From contig CBDAVP010000022.1 of assembly GCA_965201075.1 (NCBI GenBank), forward strand, positions 4,567 through 68,566: a DNA stretch of 64,000 nucleotides, written 5' to 3'. Positions 16,798-26,998 of this stretch are shown here, piece after piece. Position 1 is the stretch's first letter. Every line of letters begins with the position of its first letter. Position numbers and translations under genes: made by a program. The notes under the pieces were generated by a model. It ran no database searches, was not told the DNA's origin, and saw nothing but the letters and a program-made list of their open reading frames with translations. Origin of the DNA: Isosphaeraceae bacterium. Lineage in GTDB: Bacteria > Planctomycetota > Planctomycetia > Isosphaerales > Isosphaeraceae.

Positions 16798-19143
16798 TCA
16801 GGGATTGGCCGCCTGGACCTTGTCGGTTCCCGGATCTTGCCGGTAGATCAAGACCCGGTCATGAACAATGAGGATCAGGTCGGTCCGCCCGTCCCCATCC
16901 ACGTCACCCAGGGCCAGGTCTCGGGGCTCGATCGTGCCGTCAACGTCGCGGAACGACTTCTGCTCGAACACCTTGAACGCCAACGCCCGGTCGAGCTCGG
17001 CCTCTCCGGCGTAGGTCACGATCTCGACAAAGTGCTCGGCCACGTCGGTCAGGACAATGTCGACCTGGCCGTCGCCGTTCAGGTCGCCGGCGATCAGGTC
17101 GCCCAGCTTGGCTTCCTCGCGGGCCGGCTCGTACGAGGCCAGCACCTTCAATCGCTGCCCCTTGCTTCCGCTCAGGACGACGCCGAACTTGTCGGTCCCC
17201 GCCACCAACAGGTCCTGCTTGCCGTCGCCGTCCAGGTCCGCGACGTGAAGGCCCTGGACATCGTTGATCGGCCCCAGGGCCAGAGTTCCGGCGGGCCGGA
17301 AGACCCCGTCCTTCTTGGCCAGGTAGAGCAGCGACTTCGAGGCCCGGTCCAGCAAGGCGATCTCGGGGTTCCCATCGCCGTCGGAGTCCAACACCGCCGC
17401 GGCCTGCACCTGAGCGGCGGCCCGGCCGGCGTTGTACTGGTCCTTGACCTGCCAGTGACCGGCCTTGTCCAGCTGGACGTTGCGGGCATAGCCGTTCTGG
17501 GCGATCAACAACGCCGGGTCTTCCAGCGAGACCATTCCCACCCCCGCCGGTGTCGCCCCGATCAGCGGCCCAAGACTTCCCCCGGCTGGAGCGGGAGGTT
17601 CTCCGGCGCGCCCCAGCAGCAGGACCGGCGACCCGAACGAGTTGAAGATCAGAAAATCGGCCTGCTTATCACCATTGGCGTCAACCACCCGAAGCGCCGG
17701 CGGAATGCCGTTGAGCCCCTTCACCGCCACCGAGTCATCCGGCCCCCACCTCAGCGGCACGAAGCTGCCCGAAGCCTCGCGCTTCAGGCCCCTCAAGGCG
17801 AAGGCATCGGCCCCCTTCTCATCCTTGCCCCGGGTGACGTAGAGAATCTCGGGCGTCTTGTCCCCATCCACGTCGGCCACCTCAAGGGCGACCGGTTCGC
17901 CGCTGATCGGCAGCGGAGCCGGAAACGTCAGCCGGTTCCCCTCCAGAACACTCCGAGCCACCTGCTTCTCCTGGTCCGAGAGGACAATCACCTCCCCTTT
18001 CCCATCCCCATCAAAGTCGGCAATGCGGACCGTCCGGCCGCCCACCAGACCCGGGAACTTCTGGGCGGCGTCGAGCCCTTCCCCCTTCAATCCCTGGTGG
18101 TAAACCAGGCACTGGGCGTTGTTGGGGTCGGTGACCACCACATCGACCCGGCCATCGCCGTCGAGGTCGCCGATGGCCAGGGAGCGGCCCCGGGCCTGCC
18201 CTTGGGGGAGCGGGTAGAAGATCAGGCGACCGTGGCCCTCGGTGTCGTCCTCCGACTCGTCCAGGGTCATCACCTTGGCGCGTCCCGACTGATTCTCAAC
18301 CCCCAGGACCTCGGCGCCCGGCTTGCCATCGACGTTGGCGAACGCCAAGGCCCGAATCGCCTCGATCGTGAACCGCTGCTCCGGCCCGAGCTTTCCCTCC
18401 TTGGTCGAGAAGCGGACCCGTATGGGGGCCTCGTCGCCGCACCAGATCACCAGGTCATCCCCGCCATCCCCATCCAGGTCCACGGCGCGGATCAAAACCG
18501 GCTTGTTGGTGGCCGTATGGGCCATTCGCTCCGGTTCCCCCAGCTTCCCCTTCTCACCTTGATAGATCGCGATGACCTCGGTTTCTCCCAGCAAGGCCAG
18601 GTCATCCTTGCCGTCGCGGTTCAGGTCGCCCACCGCCAGCACATTCCCGCCCTGCGCCGCTTCCCCCGTGGCCACCGTCTTTGGCTTCCCGAATCGACCC
18701 TCCCCCTGGTTATAGAGGATGGTCAGTTCCGCGGGAGTCCCGTAAAACGCCAGGTCGGGCTTGCCGTCTCCATCGAAGTCGCCGGCCTGAAGGCTGACGA
18801 TCTCCTTGTTGACCGGTAGGCTACGCAGGCGCATCCGGCGGTCGCTGGGAACCTGGTTGGGCTCGTCGGTCGGCGATCCCCCGTCCGCCGACCCCTTGGT
18901 GCTCAAGAGCAGATCAATTCGCGATCGGCCGTTATTGACCACCGCCACATCGGCCGTCTTGTCGCCGTCGAGGTCGCGAATCAGGAGATTCGTGATTCGG
19001 GAGTCGAGCTTGTAAATCTCCAGCGGGCGGAAGCCAAAATAGTCCGCCAAACGCCCCTCGTCCGCCCCATTCGCCCACCTCTGGCCACCCACCATCGCGA
19101 AACCGAACAGGACGATCGCCCACCGACAACGCCGCCAATCCAT
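16798..19143 (-). CDS. FG-GAP/VCBS repeat-containing secreted protein
   Basis: The signal peptide is MDWRRCRWAIVLFGFAMVGG. There are many DxDGDGxxD calcium-loop repeats (DLDGDKTADV, DFDGDGKPDL, DLNRDGKDDL and others). The start is taken at the internal ATG at 19143. Confidence 0.85.
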   Translation of the reverse strand: MDWRRCRWAIVLFGFAMVGGQRWANGADEGRLADYFGFRPLEIYKLDSRITNLLIRDLDGDKTADVAVVNNGRSRIDLLLSTKGSADGGSPTDEPNQVPSDRRMRLRSLPVNKEIVSLQAGDFDGDGKPDLAFYGTPAELTILYNQGEGRFGKPKTVATGEAAQGGNVLAVGDLNRDGKDDLALLGETEVIAIYQGEKGKLGEPERMAHTATNKPVLIRAVDLDGDGGDDLVIWCGDEAPIRVRFSTKEGKLGPEQRFTIEAIRALAFANVDGKPGAEVLGVENQSGRAKVMTLDESEDDTEGHGRLIFYPLPQGQARGRSLAIGDLDGDGRVDVVVTDPNNAQCLVYHQGLKGEGLDAAQKFPGLVGGRTVRIADFDGDGKGEVIVLSDQEKQVARSVLEGNRLTFPAPLPISGEPVALEVADVDGDKTPEILYVTRGKDEKGADAFALRGLKREASGSFVPLRWGPDDSVAVKGLNGIPPALRVVDANGDKQADFLIFNSFGSPVLLLGRAGEPPAPAGGSLGPLIGATPAGVGMVSLEDPALLIAQNGYARNVQLDKAGHWQVKDQYNAGRAAAQVQAAAVLDSDGDGNPEIALLDRASKSLLYLAKKDGVFRPAGTLALGPINDVQGLHVADLDGDGKQDLLVAGTDKFGVVLSGSKGQRLKVLASYEPAREEAKLGDLIAGDLNGDGQVDIVLTDVAEHFVEIVTYAGEAELDRALAFKVFEQKSFRDVDGTIEPRDLALGDVDGDGRTDLILIVHDRVLIYRQDPGTDKVQAANP

Positions 19144-19459
19144 CGCAAATCTCCCCCAGCTTGCCCCAGCCCGATCTCCCTCCCGGCCGGACCAGATTAC
19201 GCCTCCACGAGGTAGCTCACAAGACGCCCGGAAATTGACCGACCGGGGATGGGCCAGGTCGATCGGGTCAAAACCGGTGGATTTCACCAACATTGGTGAT
19301 GGGTCCAATCCCCCGTGCAGAGACTGGACCCGGGATTGATTCCCCGACCTTGCGTCATTAGACTCGGCCCGGGCGCGGCTTAGGTCCCGCGGTATGGGGC
19401 CGGATCAACTCGCGACCAACCTCCCCGGGTGAGCCTTCGGGGGCTGAGCGAGGGTCAAC

Positions 19460-19945
19460 ATGAGCATCGGCGAGGGCGGCTCGGTCGAGTTTGCAACCCT
19501 TCGGGCGCGGGAATGGCCCACCGTGGCCCAGTTCTCGGTCTTTCTGGAGAACCGCGTGGGCCAACTGCTGGAAGTGGTCCGGCTGTTCCACGGCTCGAAG
19601 GTCAAGATCGTCGGTCTGTCAATCTCCGACGCCGCCGACTGCTGCATCCTGAGGCTGATCCTCAGCCATCCCGAGCAGGGACGCGAGATCCTGGCGATTC
19701 ATAAACTTCCCTTCGCCGAGAATGAGTTGCTGGTCGCCGAACTGGTCGCCGGTCCCCTGTCCCTGGCCGACCTTTGCGGCTCGCTCCTTCAGGCCGAGAT
19801 CAACATCCACTACGCCTACCCGCTGATCGTCCACCCCCACGGACGGCCCGGCGTGGCGCTGCACGTCGACAATGTCGAGCACGCGGGCGAGGCGTTGCGG
19901 AACAAGGGGATTGAGATCCTCTGCGAAGCGGACCTCGCCGGCTGA
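19460..19945 (+). CDS. ACT-domain-containing protein
   Basis: The 161-aa product has two ACT-like beta-alpha-beta-beta-alpha-beta units (FSVFLENRVGQLLEVVRLF, VAELVAGPLSLADLCGSLLQAEINI). Confidence 0.7.
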   Translation: MSIGEGGSVEFATLRAREWPTVAQFSVFLENRVGQLLEVVRLFHGSKVKIVGLSISDAADCCILRLILSHPEQGREILAIHKLPFAENELLVAELVAGPLSLADLCGSLLQAEINIHYAYPLIVHPHGRPGVALHVDNVEHAGEALRNKGIEILCEADLAG

Positions 19946-19966
19946 GCCAAACGGGCGAGGGACACC

Positions 19967-21328
19967 TCAGTCGGGCCAGCCCTCGCTCGACCGGGAGGTC
20001 TCGGCCAGGGGCATGCGCACGTGGGTAGCGCGTCGCAAGGCCGGGTCGGGCGCGGGTCGGTCCAGGCTGGGAACGGTGGTGACGTCGTGGAATCGGGTCC
20101 CCGAGCGAGGGAAGGTTTGCTGTCCGGGTCCGTAGCCCGGTGGGCTGGCCAGCCAGGGCGTGGAGGACCGGGCGAGTTGCCTTCCCGCGGCAAAGAGGAT
20201 TCCCATCGGCTTGGGGTCGAAATCCACCGCCGAGCCGCTGACTGGCAAGTCGTTGGGGACGGCCGCCACTCCAAAATCCGCCTTCAGTGATTTCGCCAGG
20301 CTATAAACCTGCATCAGGTCGCCGTCCTGCTGGGCCTGGAGGACGCCGCGGAGCGCATCGGTCGAGACGCTCAGGAACGACCGGCGGACGGCGCCGGTGG
20401 GGGCATCGAGTTTGCCTGAGACCAGGACGCGGACCTCGGCCCCTTCCCCAGCGTCGCGAATCACCCCCGCGCCCTCGGCCGGACCGAGCATCTCCGGCTG
20501 AAGGAACAACGAGGCCGTCACGCCGCCATCGCCATGCAATTCCGTGTAATGTCGGCCGTCGATCTCCACATCCATCGCCACCGGCGGGAAAAACCCCGGA
20601 ACCGCGCACGACGCCAGAAGGACCTTGCGGACCAGTTCCAGCCGCTCGGGGTCGTTCCCCGTGGCAATCGCCCCGATGTCCCAGACGACCAGTTGCCGGG
20701 CGTCGAGATTGGTGGTTCCCACGTAGAGCCGCCGCCCCTGCTGATGAGCCAGGGCGATCCGTGCGAGAATCTCCGGAGTGATCTGGTCGGCAATCCGCCG
20801 TCGCAGAGGAGTGGGGTCGGCGATCGAATCCGACAGCAAAGGCGCCAGGACGATCCGGGGACGGTAGATGTCTCGACGATGCGTCTGGGTGTATTCCCGC
20901 TCCAGGAGACCATCATATTCGGCACCGAGGAACGCGAACGGCGCGATCAACGACCCGGTGCTGATGCCGGTCACCACGTCGAAGGTCGGCCGGTCGCCGG
21001 CCTCGGTCCACCCTTTGAGGAAGCCCGCCGGGAAGGCGCCATACATCCCCCCGCCGGAGATGGCCAGCACGTGCTTGGGGCGGCCGGTCGAGACGGTGAC
21101 CACCTCCGCCGGCATCGGAATGCCCGCGCCCGACACCTCGACCCGGCGAATCCCCGAGGCCGGGGCCGGCGGCGGCGGGCCGCGAAAGGTCGTGCAGCCG
21201 CTGGTGACGACCAGCAGGAGCGCCGCCGCCCACCGTCGCGAATCAATAGTCGGATTGGGTCGTGACTCCTGGGCGTGCAAGGCGTCCTCCCTCGCGACGA
21301 CCCCCTTGAGCGGAGGCATCCTTTCCAA
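19967..21328 (-). CDS. Patatin-like phospholipase, probable lipoprotein
   Basis: It has the oxyanion motif ISGGGMYGAF, the nucleophile GISTGS and the catalytic Asp in HGDGGV. The N-terminus has a lipobox-like LLLVVTSGC. Confidence 0.9.
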   Translation of the reverse strand: MERMPPLKGVVAREDALHAQESRPNPTIDSRRWAAALLLVVTSGCTTFRGPPPPAPASGIRRVEVSGAGIPMPAEVVTVSTGRPKHVLAISGGGMYGAFPAGFLKGWTEAGDRPTFDVVTGISTGSLIAPFAFLGAEYDGLLEREYTQTHRRDIYRPRIVLAPLLSDSIADPTPLRRRIADQITPEILARIALAHQQGRRLYVGTTNLDARQLVVWDIGAIATGNDPERLELVRKVLLASCAVPGFFPPVAMDVEIDGRHYTELHGDGGVTASLFLQPEMLGPAEGAGVIRDAGEGAEVRVLVSGKLDAPTGAVRRSFLSVSTDALRGVLQAQQDGDLMQVYSLAKSLKADFGVAAVPNDLPVSGSAVDFDPKPMGILFAAGRQLARSSTPWLASPPGYGPGQQTFPRSGTRFHDVTTVPSLDRPAPDPALRRATHVRMPLAETSRSSEGWPD

Positions 21329-21408
21329 ACCAAAAACGCGCGGGGACGTTAAACCAAGGACGTTCCACCGTCAACCGCGACTCGGGTCCGCCGGGCGTTG
21401 ACGACGGG

Positions 21409-21672
21409 GTGACGCAAGCCCATGATGGCCCTCTCAACCGGGAGTTACTCATCGTGGAGCATTGCGTCGTCAAGATTCGCGAACTCGTCGCGAAGGGGGT
21501 CGATGACCGCCGCTCGGTGCTCCAGATTGGCTACAACCTGGGTCGCCTCAGTGAGTTGACCGGCCGAGGGCGGGGGCCGTACTGGGACCTCTGGAAGAAC
21601 GCCATCGCGGATTGGGACCTGGCCGAACTGCGGCGACTGGCGGCCGGACTCGAGGAGGAGCCCGCGGAATGA
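21409..21672 (+). CDS. Hypothetical small protein coupled to the CDF transporter gene
   Basis: It has a GTG start and 87 aa with a coding-like composition. Its stop overlaps the CDF start (ATGA at 21669-21672). Confidence 0.4.
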   Translation: MTQAHDGPLNRELLIVEHCVVKIRELVAKGVDDRRSVLQIGYNLGRLSELTGRGRGPYWDLWKNAIADWDLAELRRLAAGLEEEPAE

Positions 21673-22646
21673 GTCTCTCGGCCGACGACCATGCGCTGAG
21701 GAAACGGGCGGCTTTGATCTCGCTGAGCGTCGGGGTGATTCTCCTGGCGGGGAAGTGGGCCGCCTATGCGCTAACGGATTCCCGGGCGATCCTTTCCGAC
21801 GCCCTGGAGTCGATCGTCAACGTCGCGGCGGCCGGGTTCGCCTTCACCAGCATCCTGCTCGGCTCGCGACCGCCCGACCCGAAGTATCCCTATGGTTACG
21901 GCAAGATCGATTACTTCTCGGCCGGGTTCGAGGGGGGTCTGATCCTCCTGGCCTCCTGCATGATGATTGTCGAGGGAGTTCGGGGGCTCTGGGAAGGCGT
22001 GGTCCCCCACCAGTTGGACCTGGGCTTGCTGATCGTGGTGGGGGCCAGCGTGGCGAACCTGGTGCTGGGCCGCTGGCTGGTGAGACTGGGTCGGCGGACC
22101 GGGTCGCTCGTGCTGGAGGCCGACGGGCATCACGTCCTGGCCGACGCCTACACCAGCTTCGGGGTCGTCGCCGGCGTGGGGCTGGTGAGGCTGACCCGCC
22201 TCCCCTGGCTGGACGGCCTGGTGGCGATCGTCGTGGCCCTGAACATCTTGCGCACCGGGTGGAGGCTGGTGAGGGCCGGGATCACCGGCCTGATGGACCG
22301 GGCCGACCCGTCGCTCCTGACCCGGATCGTCGTCGCCCTCCAGGGAGCTCGGCAGGGCGGCTGGGTCGACTTGCACCAGCTTCGGGCCTGGCAGGCGGGG
22401 GATCGGGTCTTCGTCGACTTTCACATGGTCGTCCCCCCGTCCTGGAGCGTCGGCCAGTTGCACGAGGCGATCAACGCCTGTCGGTCGGCCGTCCGCGAGG
22501 CACTCGGCCCAGCCTGCGAGGTCCAGATCCACTTCGACCCCGACACGCCCCACCACGCCGAGCAAGCCCCGGGTCGCGAGGCCCCCTGGACCGTCGACTC
22601 GGCCACCCGTGTCGGCCGCCGTCGGGGAATGACGATGTCTCCTTGA
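21669..22646 (+). CDS. Cation diffusion facilitator family transporter
   Basis: It has six TM segments, the motifs ILSDALESIVNV and HVLADAYTS, and a C-terminal cytoplasmic domain. Confidence 0.9.
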   Translation: MSLSADDHALRKRAALISLSVGVILLAGKWAAYALTDSRAILSDALESIVNVAAAGFAFTSILLGSRPPDPKYPYGYGKIDYFSAGFEGGLILLASCMMIVEGVRGLWEGVVPHQLDLGLLIVVGASVANLVLGRWLVRLGRRTGSLVLEADGHHVLADAYTSFGVVAGVGLVRLTRLPWLDGLVAIVVALNILRTGWRLVRAGITGLMDRADPSLLTRIVVALQGARQGGWVDLHQLRAWQAGDRVFVDFHMVVPPSWSVGQLHEAINACRSAVREALGPACEVQIHFDPDTPHHAEQAPGREAPWTVDSATRVGRRRGMTMSP

Positions 22647-22810
22647 AGATCCCGCGAAGATCGGCTCGAAAATCCGGCCTCGGGCGCGATTCCGAGTTGT
22701 CACTCGGGGGGGCCAAGGTCCACAATCAAAGGAGAGCCCGACCGCCGAGGGTCCGGACCTCGCCTCTCCCCGCGACGAACCCCGCGATCGGTCTGCCCGG
22801 AGCCGCCACG

Positions 22811-23050
22811 ATGGTCACCCTGACGGGGCCTTCCGCCGGGTTTCCCACGCCCCTGCTCTCGCAGTTGGAATCGACCCTCCGAAAGGCAACTCACGACCGT
22901 ATCCGTGGTCTGGCCGTCGACCTCGTCGAGGGACAGGTCCGCATCCGCGGCCGCTTCCCCTGCCAGCACACCCGCCAGCTTGCCCTGCACGCGGCGCTGG
23001 GCCTCTTGCCCACCGAGCTCCTGAGCACCGAGTTCATCGTCGGCGGATGA
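22811..23050 (+). CDS. Small BON-like domain protein (tentative)
   Basis: The 79-aa product contains GLAVDLVEGQVRIRGRFPCQHTRQLALHAALGL, which resembles a BON domain. It is only the tail of a longer junk ORF in the track. Confidence 0.35.
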   Translation: MVTLTGPSAGFPTPLLSQLESTLRKATHDRIRGLAVDLVEGQVRIRGRFPCQHTRQLALHAALGLLPTELLSTEFIVGG

Positions 23051-23183
23051 GGCGACGAGGCGGCCCCCGACCGTCCTATCGACCTTGACCCCACTCTCGG
23101 GACCCGACTACAACTGAGACTGGACGACGTCGGTGCGTGGTTCACGCCAAGGCGAGCGTTCCCAACACGATAGGATCGCGACG

Positions 23184-24350
23184 ATGGCCTACGCTTCGGT
23201 GGTGACGCGGCACAAAACGCGCGAGGTCGGGGTGGGCTCGGTGGCGATCGGCGGCGAGAACCCGATCCGCGTCCAGTCGATGACGACGACCAACACCTTC
23301 GACGTCGAGGCCACCGTCGCCCAGATCCTCGCCCTGGAGACCGCCGGCTGCGAGGTCGTGCGCGTCACCGTGCCCAAGAAGGAAGACGCCGCGGCGCTCG
23401 GGGCCATCCGCTCGCGAATCCACATCCCCCTGATCGCCGACATCCACTTCGACTACCGAATGGCCCTGGCCTGCCTGGATGCCAAAACCCCCGACGGCAA
23501 GCCGGCCGTCGACAAGATCCGCATCAACCCCGGCAACATCGGCGGCGAGGCCCGGTACAAGGAGGTCGTCCGCCGCGCCAAGGACAAGGGGATGCCGATG
23601 CGTATCGGTGTCAATTCGGGCAGTCTGGAGAAGGACCTGATCCAGAAGTACGGCTTCCCCTGTCCCGAGGCCCTGGTCGAGAGCGCCTTGAGGCAGATCG
23701 AGATCGCCGAGAGTCTGGGTCATCGCGACATCATCGTCTCGGTCAAATCCAGCCACGTCCCGACCGCCGTCGAAACCTACACCCAGTTCGCCCGGCAAAG
23801 TGATTGCCCCACCCACGTGGGAATCACCGAGGCGGGCTCCCGGGAATATGGCACCTTGAAGAGCGCCGCGGGAATCGGGGCGATCTTGCTCAAGGGGATC
23901 GGCGACACGATTCGGGTCTCTCTGCTGGGCGACCCGGTCCCCGAGATCGCCGCGGCCTTCGACATCCTCAGGGCCACCGACCGCCGGGTGACTCGGCCCG
24001 AGGTCGTCGCCTGCCCGACCTGCGGGCGGTTGGAGATTGACCTGGAGGGGATCGTCGCCCAGGTCGAGGCCAAGATGGTCCACCTGAAAGACCCCTTGAG
24101 AATCAGCATTCTCGGGTGTCTGGTCAACGGCTTCGGCGAGGCCAAGGAGGCGGATCTGGGCATCGCCGCCGGGCAAGGGAAGGGAATCATCTTCAAGCGA
24201 GGCGTCCCGATCCGCCACGTCAAGGAAGCCGAGATGGTCGACGCCCTCCTGGAAGAGGTCGCCCGGTTCAACGAGGACACGCCCGCCCTCAAGTCGTTCC
24301 AGGAGAAGGAACGGCAGAAGAAGGCCAACGCCTTGACCGTCCTGAACTGA
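23184..24350 (+). CDS. ispG: 4-hydroxy-3-methylbut-2-en-1-yl diphosphate synthase
   Basis: MAYASVVTRHKTREVGVGSVAIGGENPIRVQSMT is followed by a TIM-barrel domain and a C-terminal 4Fe-4S Cys triad (ACPTCGR...GCLVNGFGE). Confidence 0.95.
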   Translation: MAYASVVTRHKTREVGVGSVAIGGENPIRVQSMTTTNTFDVEATVAQILALETAGCEVVRVTVPKKEDAAALGAIRSRIHIPLIADIHFDYRMALACLDAKTPDGKPAVDKIRINPGNIGGEARYKEVVRRAKDKGMPMRIGVNSGSLEKDLIQKYGFPCPEALVESALRQIEIAESLGHRDIIVSVKSSHVPTAVETYTQFARQSDCPTHVGITEAGSREYGTLKSAAGIGAILLKGIGDTIRVSLLGDPVPEIAAAFDILRATDRRVTRPEVVACPTCGRLEIDLEGIVAQVEAKMVHLKDPLRISILGCLVNGFGEAKEADLGIAAGQGKGIIFKRGVPIRHVKEAEMVDALLEEVARFNEDTPALKSFQEKERQKKANALTVLN

Positions 24351-24500
24351 GCGGTTTCCGCCGCCTGGGATCGTGAGAGAATCCGCCGGCAGAGGCTTGC
24401 CCAGGCGCGGCTTGTCGTGTCGTCTTGGGGTCGTCGGGCCCCGCCCCATTCTGGTGGCGGGCTCCGGAACCCTTTTCGACGACCCGGCGGAGCGGCGAGC

Positions 24501-25928
24501 ATGAGTCGGTTGGGCGAGGCGACCCTGTCGCAACTCTGGCACGATGCCGAACCTCGCGAAGTGACCCTCAGGCGGGTTGTCACCGAGCGGATGGCGGAGA
24601 ACCCACCCCCCGAGGTTCCTGGCCACGTCGTGGCATCCTACTTCTTCGCGTTCCGCACGACGACTCTCGAAGCGGCCGTCGCCGAGATCAGTTACCACGC
24701 CACCAGCGGCATCAAGTCGCCGCCGCCCGGTTCCCTGCTGGCGCAATGCTCGGCCAGCCGCGCTGGGGTCGATGCCCTCGACGCGACCGGGCGGATTGGC
24801 CTTCTACACGTTGCCTTTCCCTTGAAGATGATGCTCCAACCGGACGGGCATCTGACCTCGACCGACCTGCTGCACACCGTCGCCGGGGCCATCATCTTCG
24901 ACGTCTTCGAGAACCAGGACGCCCGCCTGGTCGCCCTGAACCTCCCGGAAGAGGTGATTCGCACCTTCCCCGGTCCCGCGTATGGGGCTCCCGGACTGAG
25001 GACGCGGACGAACTTCCCGGCCGGCGAGCCCGCCTTCGGCACCATCCTCAAGCCGACGGCCGGCATCACCGCCGACGATGTCGGTCGGCTCGTGGACGAC
25101 CTGGCCGGCTCTCCCCGCCTGATGTTCGTCAAGGAGGACGAGAACCTCTACCCCAACCTCGACTACTCCCCCGTCGCCGAGCGGACCCGCCGCGCCCTGG
25201 AAGCGATCGACCGCGCCCGCGACTCTCGCGAAGGTCGAGGGCTGATCTTCGCCCCCCACATCAGCGGAGCCCCTCATGAGATCGCCCAGACCGTCCAAGC
25301 CGTGGTCGAGGCGGGGGCGACCGGGGTGATGTTCAGCGAGACCTTCGCGGGAGGGGCCGTCCGGCTCGTTCGCGAGGCGACCCGCCACCTCGAACATCCC
25401 CCGGCGATCTACGGCCACAACGCGGGGATCGGCACCAGGACCAAGGCCATTTTCCGAGAAGTCATCGACACCCTGGCCCGGCTCGACGGCATCGACTTCC
25501 GCCAGACCGCGCCGGTCAAACCGGGCACGCCGTTCCTGCTGCCTTACGGAGACGAATGGGAGGCGTCGGAGGCGGCCTTGACCCGGCCCCTGCCCGGGAT
25601 CGCGCCGACGATGATCGCCCGCGCCGGGGCCCTCGACCAGGGGAACCTGATCCCGAACCTGGAAGACGCCGAGCGCCGGGGGATCGTCGACGGTGTCCTG
25701 TTCCTGGCCGGTTCGGCGATCAACGGCATCAAAGGGGCTGACGGGCGCCCCGACCCCCGCCTCGGGCTGGAGGGGATGGCCCAGGCGTGGGAGGTCCACC
25801 GCTCCGGCGAGTTGAACGGCGTGCCCATCGCCGAGCACCTCGACGCCCTGAGCGCCCTGGCCGACCGTCGAGGGCTCCAGGCCCTCGCCACGGCCCTTCG
25901 CCAGCGATATCCGGGGAGGGTCGCATGA
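24501..25928 (+). CDS. RuBisCO large-subunit family protein, form IV (RuBisCO-like protein)
   Basis: GTILKPTAG aligns with the K175 region. FVKEDEN, 27 aa later, aligns with K201/D203/E204. GHNAG, 95 aa further on, aligns with H294, but R295 and H298 are replaced. AGSAING stands where the GGG phosphate loop would be. The start is at ATG 24501 (MSRLGEATL). Confidence 0.85.
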   Translation: MSRLGEATLSQLWHDAEPREVTLRRVVTERMAENPPPEVPGHVVASYFFAFRTTTLEAAVAEISYHATSGIKSPPPGSLLAQCSASRAGVDALDATGRIGLLHVAFPLKMMLQPDGHLTSTDLLHTVAGAIIFDVFENQDARLVALNLPEEVIRTFPGPAYGAPGLRTRTNFPAGEPAFGTILKPTAGITADDVGRLVDDLAGSPRLMFVKEDENLYPNLDYSPVAERTRRALEAIDRARDSREGRGLIFAPHISGAPHEIAQTVQAVVEAGATGVMFSETFAGGAVRLVREATRHLEHPPAIYGHNAGIGTRTKAIFREVIDTLARLDGIDFRQTAPVKPGTPFLLPYGDEWEASEAALTRPLPGIAPTMIARAGALDQGNLIPNLEDAERRGIVDGVLFLAGSAINGIKGADGRPDPRLGLEGMAQAWEVHRSGELNGVPIAEHLDALSALADRRGLQALATALRQRYPGRVA

Positions 25929-26998
25929 CCAAGGACGATCGAAGGCTCCGAATCGGCATCCTCGGCTGCGGTCCCATTGCCCAGTTCGCCCACTTCGACG
26001 CCTGCCGCAAAGCGCGAAACGCCGACCTGTACGCGATCTGCGACCTCTCGGACGCTCTCCGGCAGCGAATGGCCGACGTCCACCGCCCCTCGGTCGCTTA
26101 TGCCGATTACGGGGAGATGCTGGCGGACCCCAGGGTTGACGCGGTGATCGTCGCCATCGCCGACCAGTTCCATGTCTCGGCCTGCGACCGGGCGATCGAG
26201 GCGGGCAAGCACGTCCTGGTCGAGAAACCCCTGGGAGTGGACGTCGCCGAGTGCGAGGCGCTGGCGACCCGGGTCCGGCGCTCGGGCAAAGTGCTTCAGG
26301 TGGGCAATAACCGCCGGTTCGACCCGGGAATCGCCTTCGCCGCGAAGTTCATCCGCGAGGAGATGGGCGAGGTCCATGCCCTCAAGGCCTGGTACTGCGA
26401 CTCCACCGACCGATACACGATGACCGACAACCTTCAGCCTATTCCCGTCCAGGCCACAGACGCGCATCGCCCGTCGGGCAATCCCAAGGCGGACAAGCGA
26501 CGCTACTTTCTGCTCACCCACGGCAGCCACCTGGTCGATACGGTGAGATTCCTGGGTGGTCCGATCGCCTCGGTGAGGGCCCGACTGCTCGAACGGCCAT
26601 CGGCCTACTCCTGGTTCGTGTCCGTCGCCTTTGAGAGTGGAGGCCTGGGACATCTGGACCTGAACATCCCCATACGGGGCGACTTTCAGGAAGGGTTCCA
26701 GGTCTTCGGTGAAAACGGCAGCGCCGCCGGCCGGGTGCATTTGCCCTGGTTTCACAAGTCCAGCGACGTCGAGTGCTTCTCGGCCGCCGACGGCCTGTTC
26801 CGCCGCCCACTGGGGGCCGACGCTCATACGTACAAGCGGCAGGTCGAGGCGTTCGCCGCCACGATTCTCGACGACGCGCCAATGGCCGGGGCCAGCATGG
26901 ACGACGGTCTGGCGGCGATGCGAGCGATGGTCGCGATTGCCCGGTCCGTCGAGTCTGGCGACGAGGTCCGTTTGGCCGACGTGGAAGGTGGCGTCTGA
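25925..26998 (+). CDS. Gfo/Idh/MocA family oxidoreductase
   Basis: It has the Rossmann motif RIGILGCGPIAQ and the VLVEKPLG motif. Its start overlaps the RLP stop (ATGA). Confidence 0.9.
   Translation: MTKDDRRLRIGILGCGPIAQFAHFDACRKARNADLYAICDLSDALRQRMADVHRPSVAYADYGEMLADPRVDAVIVAIADQFHVSACDRAIEAGKHVLVEKPLGVDVAECEALATRVRRSGKVLQVGNNRRFDPGIAFAAKFIREEMGEVHALKAWYCDSTDRYTMTDNLQPIPVQATDAHRPSGNPKADKRRYFLLTHGSHLVDTVRFLGGPIASVRARLLERPSAYSWFVSVAFESGGLGHLDLNIPIRGDFQEGFQVFGENGSAAGRVHLPWFHKSSDVECFSAADGLFRRPLGADAHTYKRQVEAFAATILDDAPMAGASMDDGLAAMRAMVAIARSVESGDEVRLADVEGGV

Noticed and set aside
16693-18819. The + strand ORF of 708 aa
   Set aside because: It is antisense to the FG-GAP repeat protein, whose DxDGDG repeats and signal peptide identify the real frame. 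The + strand product is low-complexity.
19144-19459. A possible tRNA in the FG-GAP/ACT intergenic region (GGGTCCAATCCCCC resembles a T-arm)
   Set aside because: No matching acceptor stem, D-arm or anticodon arm can be drawn around it.
23142-24746. The minus-strand ORF of 534 aa
   Set aside because: It is antisense to ispG, which is unambiguous. The product is a Gly/Asp/Arg-rich shadow.
23184-25928. A functional link between ispG and the adjacent RLP (the MTA-isoprenoid shunt, as in Rhodospirillum rubrum)
   Set aside because: The two genes are separated by 150 nt and are not coupled. No mtnP/mtnA/cupin genes are present. The RLP is instead tightly coupled to six sugar-metabolism genes. The adjacency is probably coincidental, though transcript mapping could test it.
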